From an uncultured Candidatus Saccharibacteria bacterium (GTDB lineage: Bacteria > Patescibacteriota > Saccharimonadia > Saccharimonadales > Saccharimonadaceae): DNA of 64,000 bases. Positions 1 through 9,646 of this stretch are shown here, piece by piece. The position numbers were made by a program, and so were the translations under genes. The notes beneath the pieces were generated by a model. That model was not told the origin of the DNA, ran no database searches, and was given only the letters and a program-made list of their open reading frames with translations. Numbering within the stretch: position 1 is the stretch's first letter; every line of letters begins with the position of its first letter. Location of the stretch: contig CAMXXV010000001.1 in assembly GCA_947253285.1 (NCBI GenBank), forward strand, positions 50,581 to 114,580. The letters run 5' to 3'.

Positions 1-3000
1 TCGGCCAATAACGCTCAGTTTAGTCAGAAGCTAAATGAGACCAACAATCAAGTGGCCAATTTGAGCAAGAATATTAGCCGCTCGTTTAGAGGCGTTAGTG
101 CTGGTGCCGTTATGGCTGGCTCAGTCTTATCTAGCGTATTATCCACGGCGTTTAGGGCGGTATCCGCCTCTGTAGATAAGGCGGTAGAGCGACTGGATGC
201 GCTGAACAACTTCCCGCGGGTAATGAGTAACCTTGGAATCAGCGCCAGCGAAAGCCAAAAGACCATCCAGTATTTGAGCGATAAACTTGTTGGGCTACCA
301 ACGACTATCAACGAAGCAGCGTTAAGCGTACAGCGTTTAACCAGTGCCAATGGCAACATTAAGGCCTCAACGGCGATGTTCCTAGCAATGAACAACGCTA
401 TTCTGGCTGGTGGCGCGCCAATGGACTTGCAACGTAGTGCTTTGGAGCAGCTCAGTCAGGCGTATACCAAGGGCGTGCCAGATATGATGGAGTGGCGCAC
501 CATGATGATGGCGATGCCGGCTCAGTTGAAGCAGGTGGCGATGGCGATGAACTTGCCAAGCGCCGACCAGCTGGGCGAAGCGCTCCGTAATGGCCAAGTG
601 TCAATGAATGACTTTATGGCTACTATGGTAAAGCTAAACAACCAAGGCATTGCTGGTTTTCAATCATTTGCCGACCAAGCCAAAAACTCTACTGGTGGTG
701 TAGCTACTGCGATAGCCAACCTCAAGACGGCGATAGTGCGCGCGGTATCGAGCATTATGGATGCAATTGGGCAGGCGAACATATCAGGTTTTATCAGTAC
801 TATTGCGAATAGTATCAATGCGGTGGTGCCATATATTGTAGGCTTTACTAAGGTAGTAATGGAAGCGGTTGGCTGGGTAGTTGGGCTATTTGGTGGAACG
901 ATTAAGACAACCAAGTCAATTCAGACCAGTGCTCAGAGTGCAGGCGCTTCGGTTGGCAAGATAGCTAACAATGCAGGTAACGCTACAAAGGCGCTAGGAG
1001 GCGCGCAGAAAGCCGCTAAGAAGCTAAAGGGTACATTGGCTAGCTTTGACGAGATGAACGTACTGGAAGCCCCTCGGGCTGCTGCAGGAGGCGGTAAGTC
1101 TGGCGGCGGCGGAGCTGGTGGAGGCGCTGGTGGCGGTGGTGCTGGTGGTGCTAGCGTGGCGATGCCGACTGTCGATTATGGCAATAAGCTTAACGACGTA
1201 GCTGGCAAGGCTGATGCGATAGCAAAGAAGATAAAGGATTTCTTGCAGGGTGCATTTAATTTGGACTGGAACAAGATAGCGCAGGCGTTCGGCAAGTTTT
1301 GGAACGACTTAAAGAAAGCTGCAGAGCCAGTGGGCAGAGTAATTGGTGATATTTGGAAAAACTACCTCAAGCCGTTGGTAACATGGACGGGCAATTCATT
1401 ATTGCCAGCTGTACTGAATGCGCTTGGTGGTGCTATTCGGTTTGTAGCAGCGGTGCTAGAATCGGCGTGGAACTCGTTTATTAAACCATTTATGGACTTC
1501 TTCGTGGTGCCAATTGCAAAGTTCGCGGGCAGTTTGTTGGTTGATACGCTAAACGCTATTGGCGATGGGCTGAGAAAATTGTCAGGTGATAGCAATACTA
1601 TAAACCTCATAGCCGCCGGTGTAACGGTATTAGGCGCAGCTATAGCAGGTAGTGCAATCGTCAGCTGGTTTAACAATGCCGCGGCCGCTGTCAGGGCGTT
1701 TACCAGCGGAGCCGCAACATTTAAGACATTGCAAGAAGTAATTGGCGGCCCTATGGCTAATATAGTCAAGTTTGCCATACCAGTAGTTGAATCCTTTAAG
1801 AATATAGCCACATTCGCTATTGGGCTGAAAGACGCGTTTATCTTGGCCGGCGGTGGCTTTGCTGGGCTGCAGGCTGTTATGGTAGCGCTAGGCGACACAA
1901 TAAAGACAAGTGTTCTTTCTGCGTTCACTGCTATTATGGCACATCCATTGGTTCTCGCTGGGGTGGCATTGATTGGTGGGCTTGTATTTGTGTTTGGGTC
2001 TCTCAGCGCAGCTATGCACACCGGCACTAGTGAGGAGATGCAACAAAAGGCACAGGCTGATGCTTTAAAAAAGTCGCATGATGGAGTAAAACAAGCAGTA
2101 GAAGGAGTCAAAAAGGCTGAGGATGATTTAAGTAATGCTAGAGCGTCCAAAATAGATGCTCAGATAGCGTATACCCAGGCAATTGACCAACAAAAGAAAG
2201 CGCATGAAGATTTAGCCAACGCAGTAAAGCAGAACGGCGTGACTTATGAGGAACTAGTTAAGCAAGTAGACAACGGCTCACTGAGCTATGAGAACATGAC
2301 ACCAAAGCAGCAGGCGGTATACAACGCCGGCTTGCAGCTAGACAAGGCAAATCAACAAGTTGAATCTTCACAAGGTAAACTAAACAAAGCAACTGAAGAC
2401 GCGAAGAATAAACAAAACGACTTGAAGAACGCGCTTGACCAGAAAAAGGCTAGCCTAGAAGCGGACGCCGTATCACAGGCCGTAATCTCCGGGAAGTACA
2501 AGAATACCCAAGACGCAATAAAAGCGCTGAAAGACGGCACATTGCAGTACAAGGATGAGCACGGCAACATGACTAAGGCTAACTCTGGTGACGTTGAGCG
2601 GCTTGAGGGCACTATTAGGGGCAAAGCGAACGATATAGTGAGAGATTACAATAACACTGCATCTGGTGCCAAGGCTGGCTTCTTCGGGCCTATGGGCGTA
2701 AGCTTGAACAACGCTGGTAAGGCAGTAGGAAACTGGGCGCGTGACGCTGGCAATGCACTAAGTAACTGGGCTCGAGACGCTGGTAAGTCAGCCGATGACG
2801 CTAAACACGGTCTGGAGAAGGGGCTCGGTGACTTGGGCCGCTGGGGTAGTGACCGCTGGAATGACCTCAAGAATGCGTTTAGAGATGCGTGGGGCGCGTT
2901 CAAGAATATCGGCGGTAATATTTTGCGCGGGTTAGGTGAAGGAATAGGCAACGTGGGAAATTGGCTTAAGAACAAGTTTAACGGTGCGGTTAACGGTGTA

Positions 3001-3345
3001 AAGAAGGCTTTGGGCATCCACTCGCCGTCAAGAGTGTTCAAGAGTATCGGCGATTACATGAGCCAAGGTATGTCTATTGGCTTCGATAAGAATTTAGGTA
3101 ACTTAGTAACCTCTGCTAGTGAATTATCCGACCAGATAAACAGTAAAATGGCATTGCCACTATTTGACACACCTAGCTATAGTGGCACCATAGAACATAC
3201 TCTAACCGCGGATATAGCTTCGGCTATACAAGCTTCTCCGATTTCGTTGACAGTAAATCTTGGCAACGAACGTTTAGTCGACCAAGCTATCAGGGGCATT
3301 AATGACCGCAGCTTCTTGAATAACCAATATGCACTGAATATATAA
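1..3345 (+). CDS. Phage tail tape measure protein (5' end outside the window)
   Basis: Frame is open from base 1. Tape-measure motifs (LSQAYTKG..MEW, KLKGTLASFDEMN), Trp-periodic repeats and C-terminal LGIHSPSRVF. Confidence 0.95.
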   Translation, partial: SANNAQFSQKLNETNNQVANLSKNISRSFRGVSAGAVMAGSVLSSVLSTAFRAVSASVDKAVERLDALNNFPRVMSNLGISASESQKTIQYLSDKLVGLPTTINEAALSVQRLTSANGNIKASTAMFLAMNNAILAGGAPMDLQRSALEQLSQAYTKGVPDMMEWRTMMMAMPAQLKQVAMAMNLPSADQLGEALRNGQVSMNDFMATMVKLNNQGIAGFQSFADQAKNSTGGVATAIANLKTAIVRAVSSIMDAIGQANISGFISTIANSINAVVPYIVGFTKVVMEAVGWVVGLFGGTIKTTKSIQTSAQSAGASVGKIANNAGNATKALGGAQKAAKKLKGTLASFDEMNVLEAPRAAAGGGKSGGGGAGGGAGGGGAGGASVAMPTVDYGNKLNDVAGKADAIAKKIKDFLQGAFNLDWNKIAQAFGKFWNDLKKAAEPVGRVIGDIWKNYLKPLVTWTGNSLLPAVLNALGGAIRFVAAVLESAWNSFIKPFMDFFVVPIAKFAGSLLVDTLNAIGDGLRKLSGDSNTINLIAAGVTVLGAAIAGSAIVSWFNNAAAAVRAFTSGAATFKTLQEVIGGPMANIVKFAIPVVESFKNIATFAIGLKDAFILAGGGFAGLQAVMVALGDTIKTSVLSAFTAIMAHPLVLAGVALIGGLVFVFGSLSAAMHTGTSEEMQQKAQADALKKSHDGVKQAVEGVKKAEDDLSNARASKIDAQIAYTQAIDQQKKAHEDLANAVKQNGVTYEELVKQVDNGSLSYENMTPKQQAVYNAGLQLDKANQQVESSQGKLNKATEDAKNKQNDLKNALDQKKASLEADAVSQAVISGKYKNTQDAIKALKDGTLQYKDEHGNMTKANSGDVERLEGTIRGKANDIVRDYNNTASGAKAGFFGPMGVSLNNAGKAVGNWARDAGNALSNWARDAGKSADDAKHGLEKGLGDLGRWGSDRWNDLKNAFRDAWGAFKNIGGNILRGLGEGIGNVGNWLKNKFNGAVNGVKKALGIHSPSRVFKSIGDYMSQGMSIGFDKNLGNLVTSASELSDQINSKMALPLFDTPSYSGTIEHTLTADIASAIQASPISLTVNLGNERLVDQAIRGINDRSFLNNQYALNI

Positions 3346-3391
3346 GTTTGTGTGGTATAATCTGAGTACAAGCTTAATAACAAGGAGTCAT

Positions 3392-4087
3392 ATGGACAAG
3401 CAGCAAGACGAGAAGAAGCTTAACTGGTGGGGGAAGCGAAAGCTGTGGCAAAAAATATTAATCATATTTGTGGTTGTATTTATTATCTTTTGGTTTGTTA
3501 CTCCTAGCAGTGAGCACAGCAAAGACAGCGCGGATAAAAACAATGCGTCAGGTCATATAACAACAAGCCATATGATAGAAAGGGTGAAGGTCATAGACTT
3601 GTCTACAATGGACGATAGGGCTATTGCAGATTGGTGTAAAAAGGTTGGTCTAAACTGCGTACAAGAGCCCACATACTCTGATACCGTAGAGAAGGGCAAA
3701 TTTATCTCTCAGAGCGATGCTGTCAATGCGGAAGTCGTAAAAGGTATAACAGTAACATATAAGCGTTCTCTAGGTAAACGGCCGAATATGGAGCAGCAAA
3801 ATGCATTAGCTAAAGCTCAAATATATTCAGATAACATGCACTTTTCAAAGAAAGGCATATACAAGCAGCTAACATCTCCGTACGGCGAGAAGTTTGATGC
3901 GGCCGCCGCTCAATACGCCATAGATAATCTAAATGCAGACTACAACAAGAATGCTCTAGAACAAGCTAAGACTTACAGAGATACCATGAAGATGTCCAAG
4001 AAACAGGTATATGACCAACTTGTGTCTCCTTATGGTGGCAATTTCACTGCATCTGAGGCAAAATACGCCGTCGACCACATGGACTAA
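3392..4087 (+). CDS. Ltp-family superinfection-exclusion membrane protein (TM anchor, PASTA-like domain, two Ltp repeats)
   Basis: N-terminal hydrophobic segment. Two repeats, NALAKAQIYSDNMHFSKKGIYKQLTSPYGEKF..AAQYAIDNL and NALEQAKTYRDTMKMSKKQVYDQLVSPYGGNF..EAKYAVDHM. AGGAG precedes ATG 3392, and TGGTATAAT lies at ~3353-3361. Confidence 0.85.
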   Translation: MDKQQDEKKLNWWGKRKLWQKILIIFVVVFIIFWFVTPSSEHSKDSADKNNASGHITTSHMIERVKVIDLSTMDDRAIADWCKKVGLNCVQEPTYSDTVEKGKFISQSDAVNAEVVKGITVTYKRSLGKRPNMEQQNALAKAQIYSDNMHFSKKGIYKQLTSPYGEKFDAAAAQYAIDNLNADYNKNALEQAKTYRDTMKMSKKQVYDQLVSPYGGNFTASEAKYAVDHMD

Positions 4088-4106
4088 TTGGCGGGAGATA
4101 TAACCA

Positions 4107-4319
4107 ATGGTTAAACGAGTAGAGTGTCCTAAATGCCGCAGCATTAATGTTAGTCCGTTGGGTGAGCATAAGAAAGGCTTTTCGGTTGGCAAGGCGGTTG
4201 GTGGAGCGATTCTAACGGCTGGCATTGGCGGTATTGGATTACTTGCTGGGTTTTGCGGTAAGAAAAAGGGCTATGACATGCTATGCAACAACTGTGGTGT
4301 TGTCTTTCGCATAAAGTAG
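4107..4319 (+). CDS. Small zinc-ribbon membrane protein (moron gene)
   Basis: CPKC...CNNC flanking a Gly-rich hydrophobic segment (KGFSVGKAVGGAILTAGIG); GGGAG SD. Confidence 0.75.
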   Translation: MVKRVECPKCRSINVSPLGEHKKGFSVGKAVGGAILTAGIGGIGLLAGFCGKKKGYDMLCNNCGVVFRIK

Positions 4320-4336
4320 CCTAGATTTACGCTATC

Positions 4337-4362
4337 AATAGCCCTCTTCGTGGGGGCTATTT
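4337..4362 (+). terminator. Intrinsic terminator closing the Ltp moron
   Basis: AATAGCCCTC-ttcgt-GGGGGCTATT hairpin just after the 4319 stop. Confidence 0.6.
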
Positions 4363-4429
4363 AGTATTAACAGTGGTATTATGTTATACTAGTATTAACA
4401 GCGTATAGCTCTTCTAACATAAGGGAGGT

Positions 4430-4801
4430 TTGCCAGTGGGTGGCGACTTACTAAGAATAAACGGCGCGACTATAGTTGGACTTAAGGAGTACAAGGTCGG
4501 CTATAACAAGCTCTGGAAAGACGCCGAGCGCAATATGAACGGCGATGTGCGCGCCTCATTAATTGGTATTTTTCCAAAGCTGCAGTTAACATTTAGGGAT
4601 GCACTGGATTCCGGTCAGATACGGCAAATCTCTGGGCTACTCAACCTACCGTATTTCGACGTTAGCTATTACGACCCAACTACCTCTGGCGTAGTAACAG
4701 CCAAATATTATTCAGCAGACTTTACTGTAGAGCTGCTAGATAAGTATCGCGGGCTATACAAGGGCTTTAGCGTGGATTTAGTACCAGTATCGAGGCGCTA
4801 A
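4430..4801 (+). CDS. Phage distal-tail-like protein
   Basis: Follows the tape measure. GGGAGG SD before TTG. LWKDAERNMNGDVRA motif typical of small siphophage tail proteins. Confidence 0.7.
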   Translation: MPVGGDLLRINGATIVGLKEYKVGYNKLWKDAERNMNGDVRASLIGIFPKLQLTFRDALDSGQIRQISGLLNLPYFDVSYYDPTTSGVVTAKYYSADFTVELLDKYRGLYKGFSVDLVPVSRR

Positions 4802-4802
4802 C

Positions 4803-5570
4803 GTGATACAGACAACTGACGCAATTAAAACAGCTATGAAGGCACCGGTGAAGGTGATTGGTGCAACTATAGCGGACGCGAGCGGCTTTAAGGCTAGCTC
4901 AAAAGACAATCTTATTTCAGTGGAGCTAGAGCAGGCTGGTGCACTGTTCAACGCCGCTACTAAGCAAATCTCTGTGAAGTTGTTAGGTGTGAGCTATAAC
5001 TTGCAGGGTAAAACACTTAACTTAACGATAGATGTGCAAGTTGACCCGAGTAAAAACCAGTGGGAGAGCATTAACCTAGGCGCATATAAGGTGGATACCG
5101 AGGAGCGGAGTTTGGATGCTGGCACAACAACAGTGAAGGCATATGACGCAATGGGCACACTAGCAAAAACAGTGTATGTAGCTGGGCAATTAAAATACCC
5201 GTGCACCGTGAAGGAGCTGGTAGAGCAAATTGCTAAGCGGTTTGAACTGAAGACAGACATCAGATGGGACGGGCTACCAACCAGAGACTACAGGATACCG
5301 GAGGACTTGTACGCTAAGATAAATAACACAACTTACCGAGATATTCTGGCGCAAGTGGCTGGAGCAACTGCGTCAATAGCACGGGTTACTGGCGCTAATA
5401 CATTGCAGTTAGTTCCGGTGAAGAGTGAAGTGGTGGATAAGCTAACATTTAGCAACCTCAAGACGTTTAAGAATAGCCCGTTGTTCGGCGCGATTAATTC
5501 TTTGGTGTTGTCTCGTGCGCCGCAGGAGGACAATATTGTGTTGCAGGAAAGGATAGAGGAGGACGAATAA
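4803..5570 (+). CDS. Phage tail/baseplate hub protein, N-terminal part
   Basis: Tail operon position; motifs INLGAYKVD, TTVKAYDAM, YPCTVKEL, TYRDILAQVA. Confidence 0.7.
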   Translation: MIQTTDAIKTAMKAPVKVIGATIADASGFKASSKDNLISVELEQAGALFNAATKQISVKLLGVSYNLQGKTLNLTIDVQVDPSKNQWESINLGAYKVDTEERSLDAGTTTVKAYDAMGTLAKTVYVAGQLKYPCTVKELVEQIAKRFELKTDIRWDGLPTRDYRIPEDLYAKINNTTYRDILAQVAGATASIARVTGANTLQLVPVKSEVVDKLTFSNLKTFKNSPLFGAINSLVLSRAPQEDNIVLQERIEEDE

Positions 5571-8500
5571 ATGGCGGAAGGAAACTTAACTACAGCTATA
5601 ACACTTATTACTACCGACACTGCGCAATATGTAGGCCAAAATACCTATCATTGTATATCGGAATACAAGACCGCGAAGGCTGAATGTGCTTTTAAAATAT
5701 CAAATACATCATTAAGGCCGAGCACTACATATTCAGTGAAGTTCACTTTAAAGAACGGTGAAGAGATTGACAAAGTCGCTACTGGGGTAAAAATCAACTA
5801 TGTACGCGTAAGCAATGAAGCCAAAAAACAGGGTGATGTCTACACTATGTCATTTAGTACTTCGGAAGACTTATATGATACACGTACTATAATAACGCTA
5901 TACGTGTCGGTAACCTTTACAGAATTTGATATAAATGGGTTCTGTAGCTTTGACATTCGAGATATTCAAATTACGCCAGAAAGTGGGTTGCCAAAACCAC
6001 CGAAGCCCAAGCCGGAACCGCCAGTGCACCAAGGAGAAGATACGGGAGATATAACAGTTTCCGGCACAAATGCACGACGTATAAACAGTAACACCTATCG
6101 TAGCGAGGTAAAGTACTATTCTTCAGACGCTAAATGTATTTTAAAGATACCAGATAGGATTTTAAAGCCAAGCACTACGTACTCAGTGAAGTTCACTTTA
6201 AAGAGTGGTGAAGGACTTGATGAATTCTCTACGGGAGTGAAGCTTGGCTATACGCGTATAAGCAGTAGCGCCAATATGCAGGATAGTGTCTACACCATGA
6301 CATTTAGTACTCCAGCTGTGTTAGATGCTAACGAAATATCGTTTTACGCATCAGGGTCTTTTGTAAAATGGGACAGCCATGGGTCGAATTATTTTGAGAT
6401 TCAAAACTTTCAAATTACGTCTGCAGACGAACATGTGACGCCGCCGGCACCAGAACCACCTAAGCCAAAAACTAAACCGAAGTTCGATGCATCGATGGAA
6501 GTGCCATATCCTCCGACGATTAGTAAGTGGGGTTTATGGAGGCTGAAGTTTAGAAATATTGGCGATGTTACTTTGCATAACGCAACCATGGTTTGCAAGC
6601 TACCTGCTGGGCTTAAGCCGATGACAGACCCAGCAGCGTCTAAGGGCGAATTTACTGGGAGTCTAGATGGCGGGATAGTTTTCTCGGAGGTTAAAGCAGG
6701 CGAAGAAGTGGGAGTATATTTCTATGCTGCCGCTGAGCCGAGCAAATTAAAATATGGTAGTAATGAATTAACAACCACCGTTAGTGCAACCACTAAAGAG
6801 CTGGCACGTGAAGATGAATCTTTGCTTGGTAATAATACCGTAAAGGTTACTGTGGTTTATCCAAAGCCAGAGCCACCTAAGCCAAAGCCTAAGCCAAACT
6901 TTGATCTAAAGCTGGAGGCCAATAAGACGGCCGTAGAAGTAGGTGAACAAGTTAAGTTTACGGCAACACTCATTAACACTGGCAACACTGATTTGCATAA
7001 CGCAATAGTAACCGCGACATTACCGGAGAGTGTAAAGCCAGTTGGCGCTATCACGTCTACGGAAACACTAAAGCGGGGTGTAAAGCTACCGACCGTTGGC
7101 GTTGGCAAAAGTGTGTCGTTCTCCTTCTATACTGAGCCCGATGCAGAACTCTTAAAGTTCGGCAACAATGAACTATCAATCACAGCCAACGCTTCAACTG
7201 ATGAATTAAGCCAAGAGCTAGATAAGTCTAACAATACAGTAAAAATAGTAGTTAATAAGCCGAAGCCAAAACTTAGCTTTGACGCCGCAATCAAGGCCGA
7301 CAAAAACACAATCAGCATAGGCGACAGCGTCAACTATACCATTGAGTTCAGCAACACCGGCGAAGTAGACTTGCACAACATCAACATCACTGGCACTTTA
7401 CCGGCTGGGCTCAAACTAGTAGAAGACAGCGTTAAATTAGGCGCTAAATTTACCGGCAACCTAGCGGGTGGCCTACTCTTAACAGAGGTAAAAGCAGGCG
7501 ATAAAGCTACCATGACCTTTACCACCACCACTGTTAAGGGCAAGCTAAAGTATGGCAACAATGAGTTATCCGCAAGCGTCAGCGCAACCACCAAAGAACT
7601 GGCAACTGAATACAGCACTCTACTGGACAATAACACCGCCACAATAACAGTAGTCTATCCACGGCCACAGCCTAAGTTTAACCTAACGCTTGAGGCCAAC
7701 AATCTAGCCATAAAGACAACTGAGACCGCTAAACTCACCGCCACCTTTACTAACACCGGCGAAACAGATTTACACAACACGGTGGTCACAGCCGTATTAC
7801 CTGCAGGCTTGAGCTTATCTGGGCCTATTGAACCAAAGAAGATAACCGGTAATTTGCAACAGGGCGTAAAACTGCCAGTTGTTGCGCCAGGCAAGAGCCT
7901 CACATTCTCATTCACAGTCAAGCCTAATGCGAAACTGTTGAAGACTGGCAACAACCCACTATCTGTGACTCTCAATGCTACAACTGACGAGTTAGGTCAG
8001 GAACCAGATACAGCAGATAACACGGTAACGCTAACAGTTCATAAGCCAGTAGCTAAGTTTAACCTAACACTTGAGGCAGATAAGTCCATTATAAAGGTTA
8101 AGGAGACGGCCAAGCTTACCGCCACCTTTGCCAATACCGGCGAAACTGACCTGCATGACATAGTAATAATAGGCACACTACCCGACGTTATAAAACTTGC
8201 TAGCTCTATTGAGTCTAATGAAATAACCGGCGACCTGCGACAAGGTATAAGGATGCCAGTTGTTACTCCTGGTAAAAGTGTATCATTCTCATTCACAGTT
8301 AAGCCTCATGCGAGACTCTTAAAAATCGGCGACAATAAGATAACTGTTACTCTTAGCGCCACAACTAGGGAGCTAGAACAAGAGCCAAACACGGCCGACA
8401 ACGCAGTTGACATCACAATCCAGAAGCCAGATCCATCAAAACTATGGCCGGAAGAAGTGAAAGAAGTAAAGCTGGCCAACAATGAGATACTTGACGACGA

Positions 8501-9638
8501 CCGCCAGACGCTAATTAAGCCAATTTTTGAGGCAGTCAAAGGGCTAAAATTCACACCGTTAGAAATCACTACAGAAGGGCACGGTTGGTATGAAATTGGC
8601 GACCACATAGCAATTGAGAATGGTAAAGAGCAGTGGCAAGCTATAGCTACCCACATCAAGCTAACCATAGATGGCGGTATAAAGGAAGAAATTAAGAGTA
8701 TTGCGCCAACCGCTACAACCACCAACTATGCGCTAGCAGGCGGCATTAAGAAGACCATATATAACACCGAGATAAAAGTAGACAAGCAGAAGCAGGAAAT
8801 TGCTCAAATAGTGTCGCGGCAGGATAAGCAGGATGCTAACATTAAAGAGACCTACACTAAGGTTAAGCAGGACATAAGCGGCGTTACTACTACTATCCAG
8901 GAGACGGGCGGCGGCAATATCATTTATAACTCGGTAGGCTTTGACGCCGATAATAATGGTAAATTGGCCGACTGGACGATTAGGGGGAAGGCATCGGGCC
9001 AGTCTTCACCGGAGTCTCTAGCCTCAGGTGCCTTATCCGGTAATCAAATTGCTTTGAGCGGAGGGGCAAAGATTACACAGCGTGTGCTAGTGACCCCGAA
9101 TAACCGTTATTCACTGTCCTTTAGAGTTAAAAAGGGTGCGCTGGGCACGGCCACCGTGTCATTGACCAACGACATTGACGACTTTGTTGTGACAATACCG
9201 AGCGGTAAGGACGAGTATTGGGTGGAGCATAAGTTGTCCAAGATTAAGCCTACAATTAACTACTTTGACGTGGCAATATCATTGAGCGATGATGTATCAT
9301 TGTTCGCGATAACTGATCTAATGTTAAACGCGGGCGACAGCACTATGCCTTGGGTGCAGGCTTCCGGTGAGACGTTAAACACCAAAGTATCCGTGACTAA
9401 GCACGGGCTAAAAGTAAAATCTAATATCCATAATGGCGATTATGTGGAGATGACACCGCTAGAATTTGCCGGTTATTCAACTGTTAGTGGTAGCCTGCAA
9501 CGAGTATTTTCATTAAACCGTGACACAACAACCGTGCAGAAGCTAAGCGCAGTGCAAAGAATATATATGCCACCGATAATGATTGTGCCAGTAAAAAGTG
9601 GCGAGCAGGCTGGGTGGTCGTTTGTAAAAATTGAATAG
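5571..9638 (+). CDS. Large tail protein: two N-terminal repeats, five DUF11-like Ig-fold repeats, then tail hub C-terminal part and a carbohydrate-binding-like domain
   Basis: Repeated F-x-L-x-L-E-A...NTG(E/N)xDLH...LP...NNT blocks separated by Pro/Lys linkers; GAGGAGG SD before ATG 5571. Confidence 0.75.
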   Translation: MAEGNLTTAITLITTDTAQYVGQNTYHCISEYKTAKAECAFKISNTSLRPSTTYSVKFTLKNGEEIDKVATGVKINYVRVSNEAKKQGDVYTMSFSTSEDLYDTRTIITLYVSVTFTEFDINGFCSFDIRDIQITPESGLPKPPKPKPEPPVHQGEDTGDITVSGTNARRINSNTYRSEVKYYSSDAKCILKIPDRILKPSTTYSVKFTLKSGEGLDEFSTGVKLGYTRISSSANMQDSVYTMTFSTPAVLDANEISFYASGSFVKWDSHGSNYFEIQNFQITSADEHVTPPAPEPPKPKTKPKFDASMEVPYPPTISKWGLWRLKFRNIGDVTLHNATMVCKLPAGLKPMTDPAASKGEFTGSLDGGIVFSEVKAGEEVGVYFYAAAEPSKLKYGSNELTTTVSATTKELAREDESLLGNNTVKVTVVYPKPEPPKPKPKPNFDLKLEANKTAVEVGEQVKFTATLINTGNTDLHNAIVTATLPESVKPVGAITSTETLKRGVKLPTVGVGKSVSFSFYTEPDAELLKFGNNELSITANASTDELSQELDKSNNTVKIVVNKPKPKLSFDAAIKADKNTISIGDSVNYTIEFSNTGEVDLHNINITGTLPAGLKLVEDSVKLGAKFTGNLAGGLLLTEVKAGDKATMTFTTTTVKGKLKYGNNELSASVSATTKELATEYSTLLDNNTATITVVYPRPQPKFNLTLEANNLAIKTTETAKLTATFTNTGETDLHNTVVTAVLPAGLSLSGPIEPKKITGNLQQGVKLPVVAPGKSLTFSFTVKPNAKLLKTGNNPLSVTLNATTDELGQEPDTADNTVTLTVHKPVAKFNLTLEADKSIIKVKETAKLTATFANTGETDLHDIVIIGTLPDVIKLASSIESNEITGDLRQGIRMPVVTPGKSVSFSFTVKPHARLLKIGDNKITVTLSATTRELEQEPNTADNAVDITIQKPDPSKLWPEEVKEVKLANNEILDDDRQTLIKPIFEAVKGLKFTPLEITTEGHGWYEIGDHIAIENGKEQWQAIATHIKLTIDGGIKEEIKSIAPTATTTNYALAGGIKKTIYNTEIKVDKQKQEIAQIVSRQDKQDANIKETYTKVKQDISGVTTTIQETGGGNIIYNSVGFDADNNGKLADWTIRGKASGQSSPESLASGALSGNQIALSGGAKITQRVLVTPNNRYSLSFRVKKGALGTATVSLTNDIDDFVVTIPSGKDEYWVEHKLSKIKPTINYFDVAISLSDDVSLFAITDLMLNAGDSTMPWVQASGETLNTKVSVTKHGLKVKSNIHNGDYVEMTPLEFAGYSTVSGSLQRVFSLNRDTTTVQKLSAVQRIYMPPIMIVPVKSGEQAGWSFVKIE
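6477..8430 (+). repeat. Five tandem ~125-aa DUF11-like repeats, order A-B-A-B-B (boundaries approximate)
   Basis: Units start near 6480, 6897, 7275, 7674 and 8055. Units 1 and 3 share KLKYGxNELxxxVSATTKELA; units 2, 4 and 5 share FxLxLEA...GKS(V/L)xFSF. Confidence 0.8.
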
Positions 9639-9646
9639 GAGGTAAT

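Noticed and set aside
48..9000. Long antisense ORFs (e.g. 1362..2150, 7334..7642, 8306..8725)
   Set aside because: Shadows of strongly coding + strand genes, with no motifs or ribosome-binding sites; the same applies to antisense ORFs over host genes, including 63700..63930 opposite dnaE.
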